A program made the translations under genes and the position numbers. A stretch of DNA of 59,356 bases, counting the filler, from Candidatus Woesearchaeota archaeon CG1_02_57_44 (GTDB lineage: Archaea > Nanobdellota > Nanobdellia > Woesearchaeales > CG1-02-57-44), in assembly GCA_001871415.1 (NCBI GenBank). It is 3 parts of 3 records of this genome, joined end to end, with 100 filler letters (N's around TTAATTAATTAA, not from the genome) between each part and the next. Parts side by side here need not be neighbours in the genome. Positions count along the whole stretch, not along the records: positions 33,560 to 59,356 come from MNWW01000049.1; 2 more parts are not named here. One strand, given 5' to 3'. The notes below the pieces were generated by a model. The model worked only from the letters and a program-made list of their open reading frames with translations. It ran no database searches and was not told the DNA's origin. Of this stretch, positions 36,974 to 47,116 are shown in pieces (position 1 is the first letter of the stretch; each line of letters opens with the position of its first letter).

Positions 36974-37915
36974 TCAATAAGGGATCTTTTGCCCTGTGGC
37001 ATCGCGATGATACTTGCCGAATTCGCTGATGCGCCGTAGCTGCTCAGTGGAAAACACCGGGCCTTCCTTGCATGCGCGCCAGCCATCAGTATCAAGACAG
37101 CAGGAACCGCAGAGCCCGATGCCACATTTCATGTAGCGCTCGATGGAGAGCTGGCAGGACATGCTGTTCTGCTCGCACAGGTCGAATATCGCCTTGAGCA
37201 TGAGCTCCGGGCCGCAGCCATAGACCATCACATCCTGCCCGTCATGACCATCTTGCCCGCCTGCTGCAACGCCGTCCGCGATGAGCTGCGCGAGCGCGTC
37301 CGTGACCATGCCTTTGATGCCCTCGCTTCCGTCGTTGGTGGTGATGATGACCCTCGCTCTCTCGCGGACCAGTCTGTCTATCGTACTGCGCAGGATGATA
37401 AACTCTTTGCTGCGAGCGCCGACGATGAGCGTCGCCTGCAGACCCGCAGCAAGCGCATCTGCCACCACGCGTGTCATGGGACCCAGGCCATATCCACCGC
37501 CGATAGCGATAACATGTCTGCCCTGCAAGGAAAATCCTTTTCCTAGCGGGCCCTTGATGCCAAGCTGAGCTCCTGGTTGAAGCGACGCTATCGCTTTGCT
37601 TGATTCGCCGACGCCTGCCACACTGATAGAAAATTTTCCTTGGGCAAGACCTGTTTCACCATCAGCGACAGCTTCAGCAGCAGTATCAGAAGCGATGCTG
37701 AAGGGCCGCTCCGAGTGCCCTGGCAACCAGGCCATGACAAATTGCCCGGGCGCGCTGCCAAGTCCCGGCGTCAGATACAGCATCGTGGTCTGCTCGTTCT
37801 CTACAACAGCCCGGGTGATAGTGAACATACGCAGGGTGTGCTCAGGCCTTGCCCATCCTGCCCCGCTGCCATGCCCAGACAGGGCTCCTGTATTCGCCTG
37901 CCCGTTAGGATTCAT
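36974..37915 (-). CDS. pyrK: Dihydroorotate dehydrogenase electron-transfer subunit
   Basis: PGQFVM, RPFSI, GPLGKGF, CGPE.M, MKCGIGLCGSC, CKEGPVF. Confidence 0.95.
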   Translation of the reverse strand: MNPNGQANTGALSGHGSGAGWARPEHTLRMFTITRAVVENEQTTMLYLTPGLGSAPGQFVMAWLPGHSERPFSIASDTAAEAVADGETGLAQGKFSISVAGVGESSKAIASLQPGAQLGIKGPLGKGFSLQGRHVIAIGGGYGLGPMTRVVADALAAGLQATLIVGARSKEFIILRSTIDRLVRERARVIITTNDGSEGIKGMVTDALAQLIADGVAAGGQDGHDGQDVMVYGCGPELMLKAIFDLCEQNSMSCQLSIERYMKCGIGLCGSCCLDTDGWRACKEGPVFSTEQLRRISEFGKYHRDATGQKIPY

Positions 37916-38943
37916 GGACCATCACCCTTGAGCTCGCGCAGCGTCATGCCCTGCGCATCCGAGAGCGTTCTGCCCTGCTTCGTGAGCCACGCGTCCATCT
38001 CCTGCGCGATGCGCGTGAAGCAGTTGATATCATCGAGCACTGCCGTACCGACGCCGACCGCGCTCGCTCCGACCTGCAGCATGTTGATCGCGTGCTCGCC
38101 AGTGCTTACACCGCCGGTGCCGATGATGGGTATCGTGACTGCTGTCGCGAGATCATACACGCAGCGAAGAGCGACGGGCCGTAGCGCAGGACCCGATACA
38201 CCGCCACAACCGAACGATAGCTGCGGCTGGCCGCTGCAGGATTCCAGCAGCATGCCAGGCCCCATGGTATTGACTGCGGTGATAGCGTCAGCTCCTGCGT
38301 CCTGCGCCGCCTTGGCCACTTCGCCGATGGCTGGCACATTCGGACTGAGCTTGACAAACAATGGCTTGCGCGTTACTTGCCTGCATGCGGCGGTTATCTC
38401 GCGTGTCGCCTCAGGCGTGCTGTGGCCTGCAAGCGTGCCGAAGCCTGGCGTGTGCGGACACGACAATACTAGCTCGATGGCCGCGAAGGGCAGCTTGTCA
38501 AGGCGCGATACAAGCTCAGCGAACTCGCCCGCGTCCTTGCCGGTGGCAGAGCCGATGACCGGCGCGCCGACAGAGGTCAGGTCTTTGAATTCCCCCTCTG
38601 CTGCGTCGATGCCCATGTTCGGATAGCCGACGGCGTTGAGCAACCCCGCATCAAAAGCCGCCATGATAGGGGGGCTATGCCCTTTGCGCGCCTCCTTGGT
38701 GATGGTCTTGATGGTGACGGCCCCCGCCCCTCCTGCGACAGCGAGCCTGAGCGCGCCTACTGTAGTGCCGCTGATGCCCGATGCCAGGATCAGGGGGTTT
38801 CGCAACGATATGCCGCAGAGCGTAATGGCCAGGCCCGGCATGCCATGGCGCCGCCTGCCGCAATCCCCATCATCGTTTTCCCGGACCGTCCCTGTCACCA
38901 TGCTATCCTCCATACTTCCCTGTTCATTAAGGTTACGCATCAT
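37912..38943 (-). CDS. pyrD: Dihydroorotate dehydrogenase (family 1B) catalytic subunit
   Basis: NPLILASG, NAVG, SCPH, VKLSPN, GGVSG, IIGTGG; start uncertain. Confidence 0.95.
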   Translation of the reverse strand: MMRNLNEQGSMEDSMVTGTVRENDDGDCGRRRHGMPGLAITLCGISLRNPLILASGISGTTVGALRLAVAGGAGAVTIKTITKEARKGHSPPIMAAFDAGLLNAVGYPNMGIDAAEGEFKDLTSVGAPVIGSATGKDAGEFAELVSRLDKLPFAAIELVLSCPHTPGFGTLAGHSTPEATREITAACRQVTRKPLFVKLSPNVPAIGEVAKAAQDAGADAITAVNTMGPGMLLESCSGQPQLSFGCGGVSGPALRPVALRCVYDLATAVTIPIIGTGGVSTGEHAINMLQVGASAVGVGTAVLDDINCFTRIAQEMDAWLTKQGRTLSDAQGMTLRELKGDGP

Positions 38944-39853
38944 CCACCAGCCCCAGGAGCATGGCTAGGAGCGCCTTTCTGACAGGGATGCCATTGTGCG
39001 CCTGTTTGAAGTAGATGCTCTGCTCTGCCTCGTCAAGCTCCAGGTTTATCTCATCGACGCGCGGCAAGGGATGCAGTATCTTCATGCCCTCTTTCGCGTC
39101 TTGCAGGATTTCCTTGCCGAGCCTGTAGTAGCCCTTGACCTTGTCATAGTCTTCGGGTTTCATGAAGCGCTCCTTCTGGATGCGGGTGACATACAGCACA
39201 TCAGCGATGGGAAGAACGCTCTTCAGATCGGCCGTCTCCGTCACCTCGATGCCCTTCCGCTGCAACATAGACACGTAGTGCTCAGGCATGCGCAGTGATT
39301 CTGGCGCCACAAAACAGAGCTTGGTGTCAAAGTGCGATAGCGCGTAGCTGAGGCTATGGACAGTCCTTCCGAATTTCAGGTCTCCGACGAACGCCACCGT
39401 GAGGCCATCAAACTTCCCGAAGGTCTCCTGGATGGTGTAGAGGTCAAGCAATGTCTGGGTGGGGTGCTCATTGATACCATCGCCACCATTGACCACGGGG
39501 ATGCTGGCCGCCTCGGCCGCGGTCTTGGCGCTGCCCTCGCGGGGATGCCTGATGACGATGATGTCAGCGTAGCCATCGACGATGCGGATAGTGTCAGACA
39601 AGGTCTCTCCTTTCGCGACACTTGTGTTGGAGCTGTCAGCGAATCCGATGACATTGCCGCCAAGGCGATGCATGGCTGCCTCGAAACTCAACCGCGTCCG
39701 TGTGCTGGGCTCAAAGAACAGCGTCGCGAGTATCTTGCCGTCAGCCACAGGCGTATAGCCCGGCCCCATGCGCTTGGCCACGTCAAGGATGTGCAAGATA
39801 TCCTGCTTGTCCAGGTCTTTGATGCTGATGAGGTCCTTGTGATTCCATGCCAT
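38933..39853 (-). CDS. pyrB: Aspartate carbamoyltransferase catalytic subunit
   Basis: FFEPSTRTRLSF, HPTQTLLD, TRIQKER, HPLPRVDEI. Confidence 0.98.
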   Translation of the reverse strand: MAWNHKDLISIKDLDKQDILHILDVAKRMGPGYTPVADGKILATLFFEPSTRTRLSFEAAMHRLGGNVIGFADSSNTSVAKGETLSDTIRIVDGYADIIVIRHPREGSAKTAAEAASIPVVNGGDGINEHPTQTLLDLYTIQETFGKFDGLTVAFVGDLKFGRTVHSLSYALSHFDTKLCFVAPESLRMPEHYVSMLQRKGIEVTETADLKSVLPIADVLYVTRIQKERFMKPEDYDKVKGYYRLGKEILQDAKEGMKILHPLPRVDEINLELDEAEQSIYFKQAHNGIPVRKALLAMLLGLVDDA

Positions 39854-39983
39854 GGTGGTGCACCTCTGCTGTGCCTTGTCGTATGATAGATACGCTTCCT
39901 GCTCATATACTGCCAGTTGCGACCCTTGCGCTAACGGTCGCATAGCCTGCCCGACACGCAGACGAACGCGTCAGGTCCCACGC

Positions 39984-42900
39984 TCAGGTCTTGTATGTAT
40001 CCCAGGAATCTATCGAGAGCCGCCCATCCCCCAGCCGCACGATGCTCTCCACAAAGAGCTTGGCCAGCTGCAGGTTGGTGAACAGCGGGATACCATAGTC
40101 CACGGCGCGCCTGCGCATCTCATACTCGTCGTCCAGTTCTTCCCTGCTGTAGCGCGCGGGCAGGTTGATGACCAGGTCTATCTTATCCCGGTTGAGATAC
40201 TCCCTGATATTAGGAGTGGTATCCATCTCATGTATCTTATGCAGGAATGTCGAGCTGATGCCCTGATCTTTGAGGAACAGGTGAGTGCCGTAAGTGGCGT
40301 AGATGGTGAACCCGAGCGTCTGCAGGTCCCTGATGCTGTCCAGGAACTTGTAGCGGTTGGCGTCGCCGCTGACGCTCACCAATACCGCCTTTCGGCTCGG
40401 CATCTCCATGCCTGTTGCGATGAGGCTCTTGAGCAGCGCGTCGTGAAGATCATGGCCCAGGCACGCGACCTCACCGGTGCTCGCCATCTCCACCGTGACA
40501 ACAGGGTCAGCGCCCTTGAGCCTGGAGAACGAGAACTGCGGCGCCTTGACGCCGACGTGCTCCAGGTCAAGCGTGCTGATGCCCATCGGCACGCGTCGGC
40601 CCATGATGGCTCGGGTGGCGAGGTCGATGAAATTATAGCGTGAGACTTTGCTGACAAACGGGAAGCTGCGTGACGCGCGAAGATTGAGCTCGATGACCTT
40701 GATGTCATTATCCTTCGCGAGGAACTGGATATTGAATGGCCCGGTGATGCACAGGCTCTTTGCGACCTGCGTCGCAATGTGCCGCACGCGTTTGATGGTC
40801 TCAAGGTAGAGCTTCTGCGGAGGGAACACCATAGTGGCATCGCCGCTGTGCACGCCCGCGTTCTCCACGTGCTCGGTGATGGCCGAGATGACCAGATCGC
40901 CGTTTGCTGCGACCGCGTCAACCTCGATCTCCTTGGCATTGGTGAGGAACTTGCTGATGACGACCGGATGCTCCGGATTCACCTTTGCCGCCTTGCTCAG
41001 GTACTCTTCCAGTTCAGCGTCGGAGAACGCGATGCTCATAGCAGCTCCTGACAGGACATAGCTTGGTCGCACCAGCACCGGATAGCCGACGTCGTTGGCG
41101 AATCCTGTCGCGTCCTTCATGTCCGTCAATTCTTTCCAGTCAGGCTGGTCGACGCCAAGATCATCAAGGAGCTTGCTGAACTTGTAGCGGTTCTCGGCGG
41201 AATCGATGCTCTCCGGGCTGGTGCCAAGGATGGGAATCCCCGCGCGATGCAAGGGCATGACGAGGTTGTTGGGTATCTGCCCTCCCATGCTGACGATGAC
41301 GCCATGCGGATTCTCCAGCGCGCAGATATCCAGGACCGTCTCGTAGCTGAGGTCTTCGAAGTAGAGCCGGTCGGATTCGTCATAGTCTGTGCTGACCGTC
41401 TCTGGGTTGCAGTTGATGATGATGGTCTGGTGCTTGAGCTTGCGAAGCGTGAGCGCGGAATTGACGCAGCACCAGTCGAATTCCACGCTGCTGCCGATGC
41501 GGTACGCGCCACCGCCGAGCACGATGACAGGCTTGCTGTCACCGAAGGTGACATCGTGCGCGCTGCCGCGATACGTGAGATACAGGTAGTTGGTGCGAGC
41601 CGGATACTCTGCCGCGAGCGTGTCTATCTGTTTGACCGATGGGCGTATGTTGTACGCCTCGCGGAGCGCACGGACATCCTGCTCGCCGACGCTGAAGAGC
41701 GATGCCAGCTGCTTGTCAGAGAAGCCATGCTGCTTCGCCGTGAGCAGCTGCTGCCCGTCGAGCGACCCCAACCGCGCTGCGCCCGTAGCGCCTTGACCCC
41801 TCTCCTTCAGCGAGCCCTTCGCCTTTGCCTTCAGCGCCTTATAGAGGTCTACGATGCGCGAGAGCTTGGAGAGAAACCACGTGTCTATCTTCGTGAGCTC
41901 ATGGATGCGCTCGACGCTGTAACCTTGCATGAGCGCTGAGGTGACAGCGAAGAGCCGCTGGTCAGTGGGCTGCGTGAGCTCCTCCTCAAGGTCATCGAAG
42001 GTGAGCTCTGGCGCGATGACTCCGTCCATGCCCGTGCCGAGCATGCGCACGGCTTTCTGGATGGCCTCCTCAAAGGTCCTGCCGATGCTCATGATCTCTC
42101 CGACACTCTTCATACCCGTGCCGATGCGTGTGGACACGCGCCGGAATTTCTTGAGGTCCCAGCGGGGTATCTTGACCACGAGGTAGTCAAGGGCGGGCTC
42201 GAAGCATGCGGCCGTCACCTTTGTCACGCTGTTCTTGATGTCTGTGAGTGAGTAGCCAAGCGAGAGCTTCGCGGCCACAAACGCCAGCGGATACCCCGTG
42301 GCCTTGGACGCAAGGGCGCTGCTGCGCGAGAGGCGCGCGTTGACCTCGATGATGCGATACTCCTCGCTCAGAGGATCCAGGGCGAACTGGATATTGCATT
42401 CACCGACAATGCCAAGGTGCCGGATGACGCCGATGCTGACCTCGCGCAGGTGATGGTAATCCCTGTTGGTGAGCGTCTGGCTCGGAGCGACGACGATGGA
42501 CTCGCCGGTATGGATGCCCAGCGGATCGAAATTCTCCATGTTGCAGACCGTGATGCAATTATCCTGACAATCGCGCACGACCTCGTACTCGACCTCCTTC
42601 CATCCCGCGAGGTATTCCTCGATGAGCACCTGCTCGGTGAAATTGAACGCCTGCGTGAGCATCTCGCGCAGGGACTCCTTGTCTCCTACCCTGCCGCTGC
42701 CAAGGCCGCCAAGCGCGTAGGCGATGCGCATCATGACCGGATAACCGATATTCTGCGCTGCCCGCAATCCGTCCTCGACACTGGTGACCGCCTTGCTCAG
42801 CGGCGTCTTGTATCCTTTCTCGCCAAGACGCTTGCAGAAGCGGTCCCTGTCCTCGGTGTCGATGATGGTCTCCACCGGCGTGCCGAGGACAGCGACGTTG

Positions 42901-43268
42901 TGCTTGGCAAGCACGCCCTGCTTGTGGAGCGCGACGCCGCAGTTGAGCGCGGTCTGCCCGCCGAAGCTGAGCAGGATGCCGTCCGGTTTCTCCTTGGCGA
43001 TGACGCGCTCGACGAAGTGGGGCGTGACCGGAAGGAAGTACACCTTGTCGGCGAGGTAATCAGAGGTCTGGATGGTCGCGATGTTGGGATTGATGAGCAC
43101 GACGCGCTTCCCTTCTTCCTTGAGCGCCTTGATGGCCTGACTGCCGCTGTAGTCGAACTCGCCTGCCTCGCCTATCTTGAGCGCGCCGCTGCCGAGGAGA
43201 AGGATCTTCTTGATGTGCGCGTGATCGCCATGATGACCCCCTTCCCTCGAGAGAGATGACGGTTTCAT
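39984..43268 (-). CDS. carB: Carbamoyl-phosphate synthase large subunit
   Basis: GEFDYSGSQA, GGQTALN, IEVNARLSRSSALASKATGYP, second ATP-grasp, MGS domain; ATGA overlap with carA. Confidence 0.98.
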   Translation of the reverse strand: MKPSSLSREGGHHGDHAHIKKILLLGSGALKIGEAGEFDYSGSQAIKALKEEGKRVVLINPNIATIQTSDYLADKVYFLPVTPHFVERVIAKEKPDGILLSFGGQTALNCGVALHKQGVLAKHNVAVLGTPVETIIDTEDRDRFCKRLGEKGYKTPLSKAVTSVEDGLRAAQNIGYPVMMRIAYALGGLGSGRVGDKESLREMLTQAFNFTEQVLIEEYLAGWKEVEYEVVRDCQDNCITVCNMENFDPLGIHTGESIVVAPSQTLTNRDYHHLREVSIGVIRHLGIVGECNIQFALDPLSEEYRIIEVNARLSRSSALASKATGYPLAFVAAKLSLGYSLTDIKNSVTKVTAACFEPALDYLVVKIPRWDLKKFRRVSTRIGTGMKSVGEIMSIGRTFEEAIQKAVRMLGTGMDGVIAPELTFDDLEEELTQPTDQRLFAVTSALMQGYSVERIHELTKIDTWFLSKLSRIVDLYKALKAKAKGSLKERGQGATGAARLGSLDGQQLLTAKQHGFSDKQLASLFSVGEQDVRALREAYNIRPSVKQIDTLAAEYPARTNYLYLTYRGSAHDVTFGDSKPVIVLGGGAYRIGSSVEFDWCCVNSALTLRKLKHQTIIINCNPETVSTDYDESDRLYFEDLSYETVLDICALENPHGVIVSMGGQIPNNLVMPLHRAGIPILGTSPESIDSAENRYKFSKLLDDLGVDQPDWKELTDMKDATGFANDVGYPVLVRPSYVLSGAAMSIAFSDAELEEYLSKAAKVNPEHPVVISKFLTNAKEIEVDAVAANGDLVISAITEHVENAGVHSGDATMVFPPQKLYLETIKRVRHIATQVAKSLCITGPFNIQFLAKDNDIKVIELNLRASRSFPFVSKVSRYNFIDLATRAIMGRRVPMGISTLDLEHVGVKAPQFSFSRLKGADPVVTVEMASTGEVACLGHDLHDALLKSLIATGMEMPSRKAVLVSVSGDANRYKFLDSIRDLQTLGFTIYATYGTHLFLKDQGISSTFLHKIHEMDTTPNIREYLNRDKIDLVINLPARYSREELDDEYEMRRRAVDYGIPLFTNLQLAKLFVESIVRLGDGRLSIDSWDTYKT

Positions 43269-44662
43269 GACGAGCGCCTCCCTGCCTTGAGCGCGAATCC
43301 GCCGAGCGAGACGATAGGGCCCGCATCCGCCGGGTTGCCTGCTTTCTGGACGCATCGTGAGAGGAAATCATCGAACAGATACGCCGTGTCGACAGGACCG
43401 GGGTACGCTTCAGGATGAAACTGCACAGAGAAGAATGGCTTGCTGGTGTGGCGGATGCCCTCATTGGTCGCGTCATTCGCATTGACGAACAGGGCTTCCC
43501 AGTCCTTCGACAGGGTCTTGGTGTTAACAGCGAAGCCATGGTTCTGGCTGGTGATCACGCAGCGAGGTGTTCCCTCGAGTATGCACGGCTGGTTCTGGCC
43601 ACGATGCCCGTACTTGAGCTTGTAGGTGTCGCCGCCTGCGGCGAGCGCGAGCAACTGGTTGCCAAGGCAGATGCCAAATAGCGGCTTGTCCTGCGACAGG
43701 TGCCATCGTATCGCCTCTATCGTGGCCACGCACTGCTTGGGGTCACCCGGCCCGTTGCTGATGAATACGCCGTCGTATGCGATGCCCCCTCCATCGGCCA
43801 GTAGCTTCGCCTCGTTCTGCTTCGGGTCGAAATCCCAGGGCACGCGTATCACGCTCGCGCCGCGGACAAGAAAACTTCTGATGATATTGTTCTTGACGCC
43901 GCAGTCGTAGAGCAGGATGCGCGGTCCGCCATGGGCGCCGCTGCCGCCACTGCTCTTTTCGATACCTGCATCGGCCTGCATACCAGCGCCTGCCGCAGGC
44001 GTGTAGGTGACGATGCTCTTGGTAGAGACCTCAGCGACGAGGTTGCGAAGATTGGGATCATCTATGGCGACAGGCCCCCCCTGTGCAGTCGACCGCCCTT
44101 TCTGCGTGCCCTGCGCCGATGCCTGCGCGTCGTCGCCAGCAGCGACGCTGCTGCCGCCTGCACCCCCTCCTCCAGTCGGACCCGTGCCGTCCATGTCGTC
44201 GAAGTCTATCTTGCCGAGCATGACACCGGTCTCGCGAAGCTTCTTGGTGAGCGCGCGGGTGTCGACGCCCTGCAGCGCGGGGATGCCTTCCTTCTTCAGC
44301 CACGCTGCGAGCGACTGCACCGCGGTGCAGTGGCTGTACTCCTCGCTGTAGTAGTCGACGATAAGGCCGCTTATCTGGATGCGCCCGGACTCGAAGGTCT
44401 GGGGAAGCACACTGCCGTCGCTGGCAGATACGCCCGCGAGCGAAGCGTCAGCGTCAGGCGCAGGGACCCCGTAGTTGCCCACAATCGGATAGGTCAGCAC
44501 GAGTATCTGCCCTTTGTAGCTGGGGTCGGTGAAGGATTCAGGATAGCCGACCATGCCGGTGTTGAAGACCACTTCCCCAGATACGGGCGTAGCAGAACCA
44601 AATGAGACGCCGTGGATAGTGGTCCCGTCTGCAAGGGTCAGGTGCGGCATCTCAATAGGCAT
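43265..44662 (-). CDS. carA: Carbamoyl-phosphate synthase small subunit
   Basis: GEVVFNTGM.GY, SNGPGDP, GICLGNQ, SQNHGFAV, QFHPE. Confidence 0.97.
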   Translation of the reverse strand: MPIEMPHLTLADGTTIHGVSFGSATPVSGEVVFNTGMVGYPESFTDPSYKGQILVLTYPIVGNYGVPAPDADASLAGVSASDGSVLPQTFESGRIQISGLIVDYYSEEYSHCTAVQSLAAWLKKEGIPALQGVDTRALTKKLRETGVMLGKIDFDDMDGTGPTGGGGAGGSSVAAGDDAQASAQGTQKGRSTAQGGPVAIDDPNLRNLVAEVSTKSIVTYTPAAGAGMQADAGIEKSSGGSGAHGGPRILLYDCGVKNNIIRSFLVRGASVIRVPWDFDPKQNEAKLLADGGGIAYDGVFISNGPGDPKQCVATIEAIRWHLSQDKPLFGICLGNQLLALAAGGDTYKLKYGHRGQNQPCILEGTPRCVITSQNHGFAVNTKTLSKDWEALFVNANDATNEGIRHTSKPFFSVQFHPEAYPGPVDTAYLFDDFLSRCVQKAGNPADAGPIVSLGGFALKAGRRSS

Positions 44663-44911
44663 GCAAACCCGGTATGCTATTTATAGTTTTGGGTGCTAAA
44701 AATGCATCAACAGCGTCGACAAATATGTGAGAAAATAGGTCACCCTGGCAGGTGCTGCCAGTAAGAGAGAAGCCCGGCGCACTATATAAAGATATTGGAA
44801 ACCAGAGGAAACCCCAGAGGAAAAACAACACTACACCCATCCCGCACACAGCCCCACTCCCCATCCGCCACCGTATCGCCCGTCGCTTTTTTATGCGCCA
44901 GTGAAATCGCG

Positions 44912-45373
44912 ATGCCCATGCCTGATGGAAACGATGTCATCCTGACACCAGCTAACCTGCATCCGGCCTGCTATGCGGGTCCATATGCTGTCTATGGCAG
45001 AGACTCGTTCCCTGTTCAGGGGTTCCTGGCCCCGACAGATGAACCAGTCGTCTTGCTCCTCGACCAGCTCTCTATCGGCGATCGCACCTGGAAGCAGGTG
45101 TACGCTGTGGCGTTCCATGGAGCGTCTGACGACCAAGGCTGGCGGCAGAAGTCGACAGGAAAACCTGTGCTCGACATCGCTGACGAGATATCGCGGCATC
45201 TGCCATTAGAAGCCCTACTGGTCTGCAACCCCGCAGGATTCCAGCTGCCGTTGGTCGATGACAAAAACCCCTATACATACCCGCTGTGCGGCCTGCAGGG
45301 AAGCCAGGGCATCATGTTCAGCGAGCTGTGCGCCATGTATGGCAAGCAACCATTCTGCTACAAGGGAGAATGA
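44912..45373 (+). CDS. Hypothetical protein
   Basis: ORF 44795..45373 with a plausible ATG at 44912; no motif. Confidence 0.5.
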   Translation: MPMPDGNDVILTPANLHPACYAGPYAVYGRDSFPVQGFLAPTDEPVVLLLDQLSIGDRTWKQVYAVAFHGASDDQGWRQKSTGKPVLDIADEISRHLPLEALLVCNPAGFQLPLVDDKNPYTYPLCGLQGSQGIMFSELCAMYGKQPFCYKGE

Positions 45374-45472
45374 TGATGCGCGCGAAGCGCGGTACCGCTT
45401 CCGCTCAGCACCCATAGAGCCTAGTGCGCTCATGCCGGTGCCTTTTTATGCGCAACGTTAATTGCCTCTCAT

Positions 45473-47080
45473 GTGCCACTTGATGATAGCCTGCAGCATG
45501 AGTGTGGAGTCAGTGGAGTAGCAAGACTGGAAGATAGGGTAAGCCCGCATGATGTGACGCGCGCTGGCCTGCAACTCTCCTACAACCAGCGCAATCGCGG
45601 GCCTCATGCCACAGGAGCGATGACCGTGCGACATAGAAGGGCACGCGAGCCGGTCAAGGCCCTGTTGCCGCCTCAGGAATGGGTGCCAGCATCCAAGCAG
45701 GCAGCGTTCTGCGCCGAGCAGGAGGCCGATATGGCGATCTTCCACAACCGCTACGCGACCACAGGAGGCAACACCCTGGAACGCGCCCAGCCATTGTCCA
45801 TGCACGGCAGGGGAGTCTGCTTCAATGGCAATATCACAAATTATAATCAGTTGATGGCGCAGTTAGGACTTGAGCAGCGGATAGGCTCAGACACCGAGCT
45901 GCTGCTCGGCATGGTGGATTCCTACGCCGACGAGGCTGTGGTCTTTGAGCCCGAAGCCATGCTCCAGCAGATGGACGCGCTGCTCGACGGCTGCTGGAAC
46001 ATGGGCTACCTTGACAGCGAGCGGCTCATCGTGTCGCGCGACCATCATGGCTTTCGGCCCATGCACACGGTCGAGCATGATGGCATGTTCCTCGCATCAT
46101 CCGAGAGCTTCGCGCTCAAGCGCGTCATCGGGCAGGAGAATCACCATAAGATACGCGAGCTGCAGCCAGGCGAGTATGCCATGGTGCAAAACCAGAAAGT
46201 AACCTATGGTAATTTCGCGCCCGCGACGCCGCACGGCTGCTTCTTTGAACTTATCTACTTCCTCTACATCGCGAGCAGGCTTGATGGCCAGCATGCGTAT
46301 AAGATCCGCTATGAGACAGGAAGGCAGATGGCGCGAGAGGAGCTGCTGCGATGGACAGACAGCGATAACAGATCGACATTCCCCGAGTTCGCTGTGGTCT
46401 TCGGCGTGCCGCGCAGCGGCGAGCCCATGGCACAGGGCTTTGCTAATGAGCTGACCGCATTGCTCGGCCACCTCGTGCCCTACATCACGGCGCTGGTGCG
46501 TAATGATAATAGCGACAGGAGTTTCCTGCACGACCAGGACCCGTGCGATGTGCTGCGCAGCAAGTTTGATGTCATAGAGCCGGCTTTGAACGGAGAGATA
46601 GCAGAACTGCACGGCATGGACCCGGATAGGACCCACTACTTCGGGGTCGACGACAGCCTGGTGCGCGGCAACACGACGAGATATCTGATGCCGCTGCTTG
46701 GTATGTTCATGCGTAAGCCCCAGCGGTTGCATGCTCGATATGGCAGCCCGCCGGTGCGCTACCCGTGCTTCAAAGGCATAGCCACACCGACCGTCACAGA
46801 GCTCGCCGCCACCATGTTCATGGACCCGCAGCAGCGCGGGCATGAACTTGTCGCAGGCTATGAGCAGATGCTTTCAGCGTATCTAGGCCTCTCACCTTTC
46901 GGCTCCGCAAGGCATATCAGTTTCCAGGGCTTGGCCGAAGTATTGACCGCTGGAGGAAAATCCATCGATGAATTCTGCACCGCATGCCTGACCGGTGATT
47001 ATCCCACACCCGGCAGCATGGTGCGCGGTCTTGAGGCGATAGAGACCTACAGGCATCTTCGTGGCGGCATGTGTAATTAG
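45473..47080 (+). CDS. purF: Amidophosphoribosyltransferase (divergent)
   Basis: Propeptide-HECGV, HNRYAT, SDTE, CFFELIYF, VDDSLVRGNT, PPVRYPC, CTACLTGDYP. Confidence 0.88.
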   Translation: MPLDDSLQHECGVSGVARLEDRVSPHDVTRAGLQLSYNQRNRGPHATGAMTVRHRRAREPVKALLPPQEWVPASKQAAFCAEQEADMAIFHNRYATTGGNTLERAQPLSMHGRGVCFNGNITNYNQLMAQLGLEQRIGSDTELLLGMVDSYADEAVVFEPEAMLQQMDALLDGCWNMGYLDSERLIVSRDHHGFRPMHTVEHDGMFLASSESFALKRVIGQENHHKIRELQPGEYAMVQNQKVTYGNFAPATPHGCFFELIYFLYIASRLDGQHAYKIRYETGRQMAREELLRWTDSDNRSTFPEFAVVFGVPRSGEPMAQGFANELTALLGHLVPYITALVRNDNSDRSFLHDQDPCDVLRSKFDVIEPALNGEIAELHGMDPDRTHYFGVDDSLVRGNTTRYLMPLLGMFMRKPQRLHARYGSPPVRYPCFKGIATPTVTELAATMFMDPQQRGHELVAGYEQMLSAYLGLSPFGSARHISFQGLAEVLTAGGKSIDEFCTACLTGDYPTPGSMVRGLEAIETYRHLRGGMCN

Positions 47081-47116
47081 AATATGCGATGGGAGAAGCA
47101 CCACAGGCAATACGCG

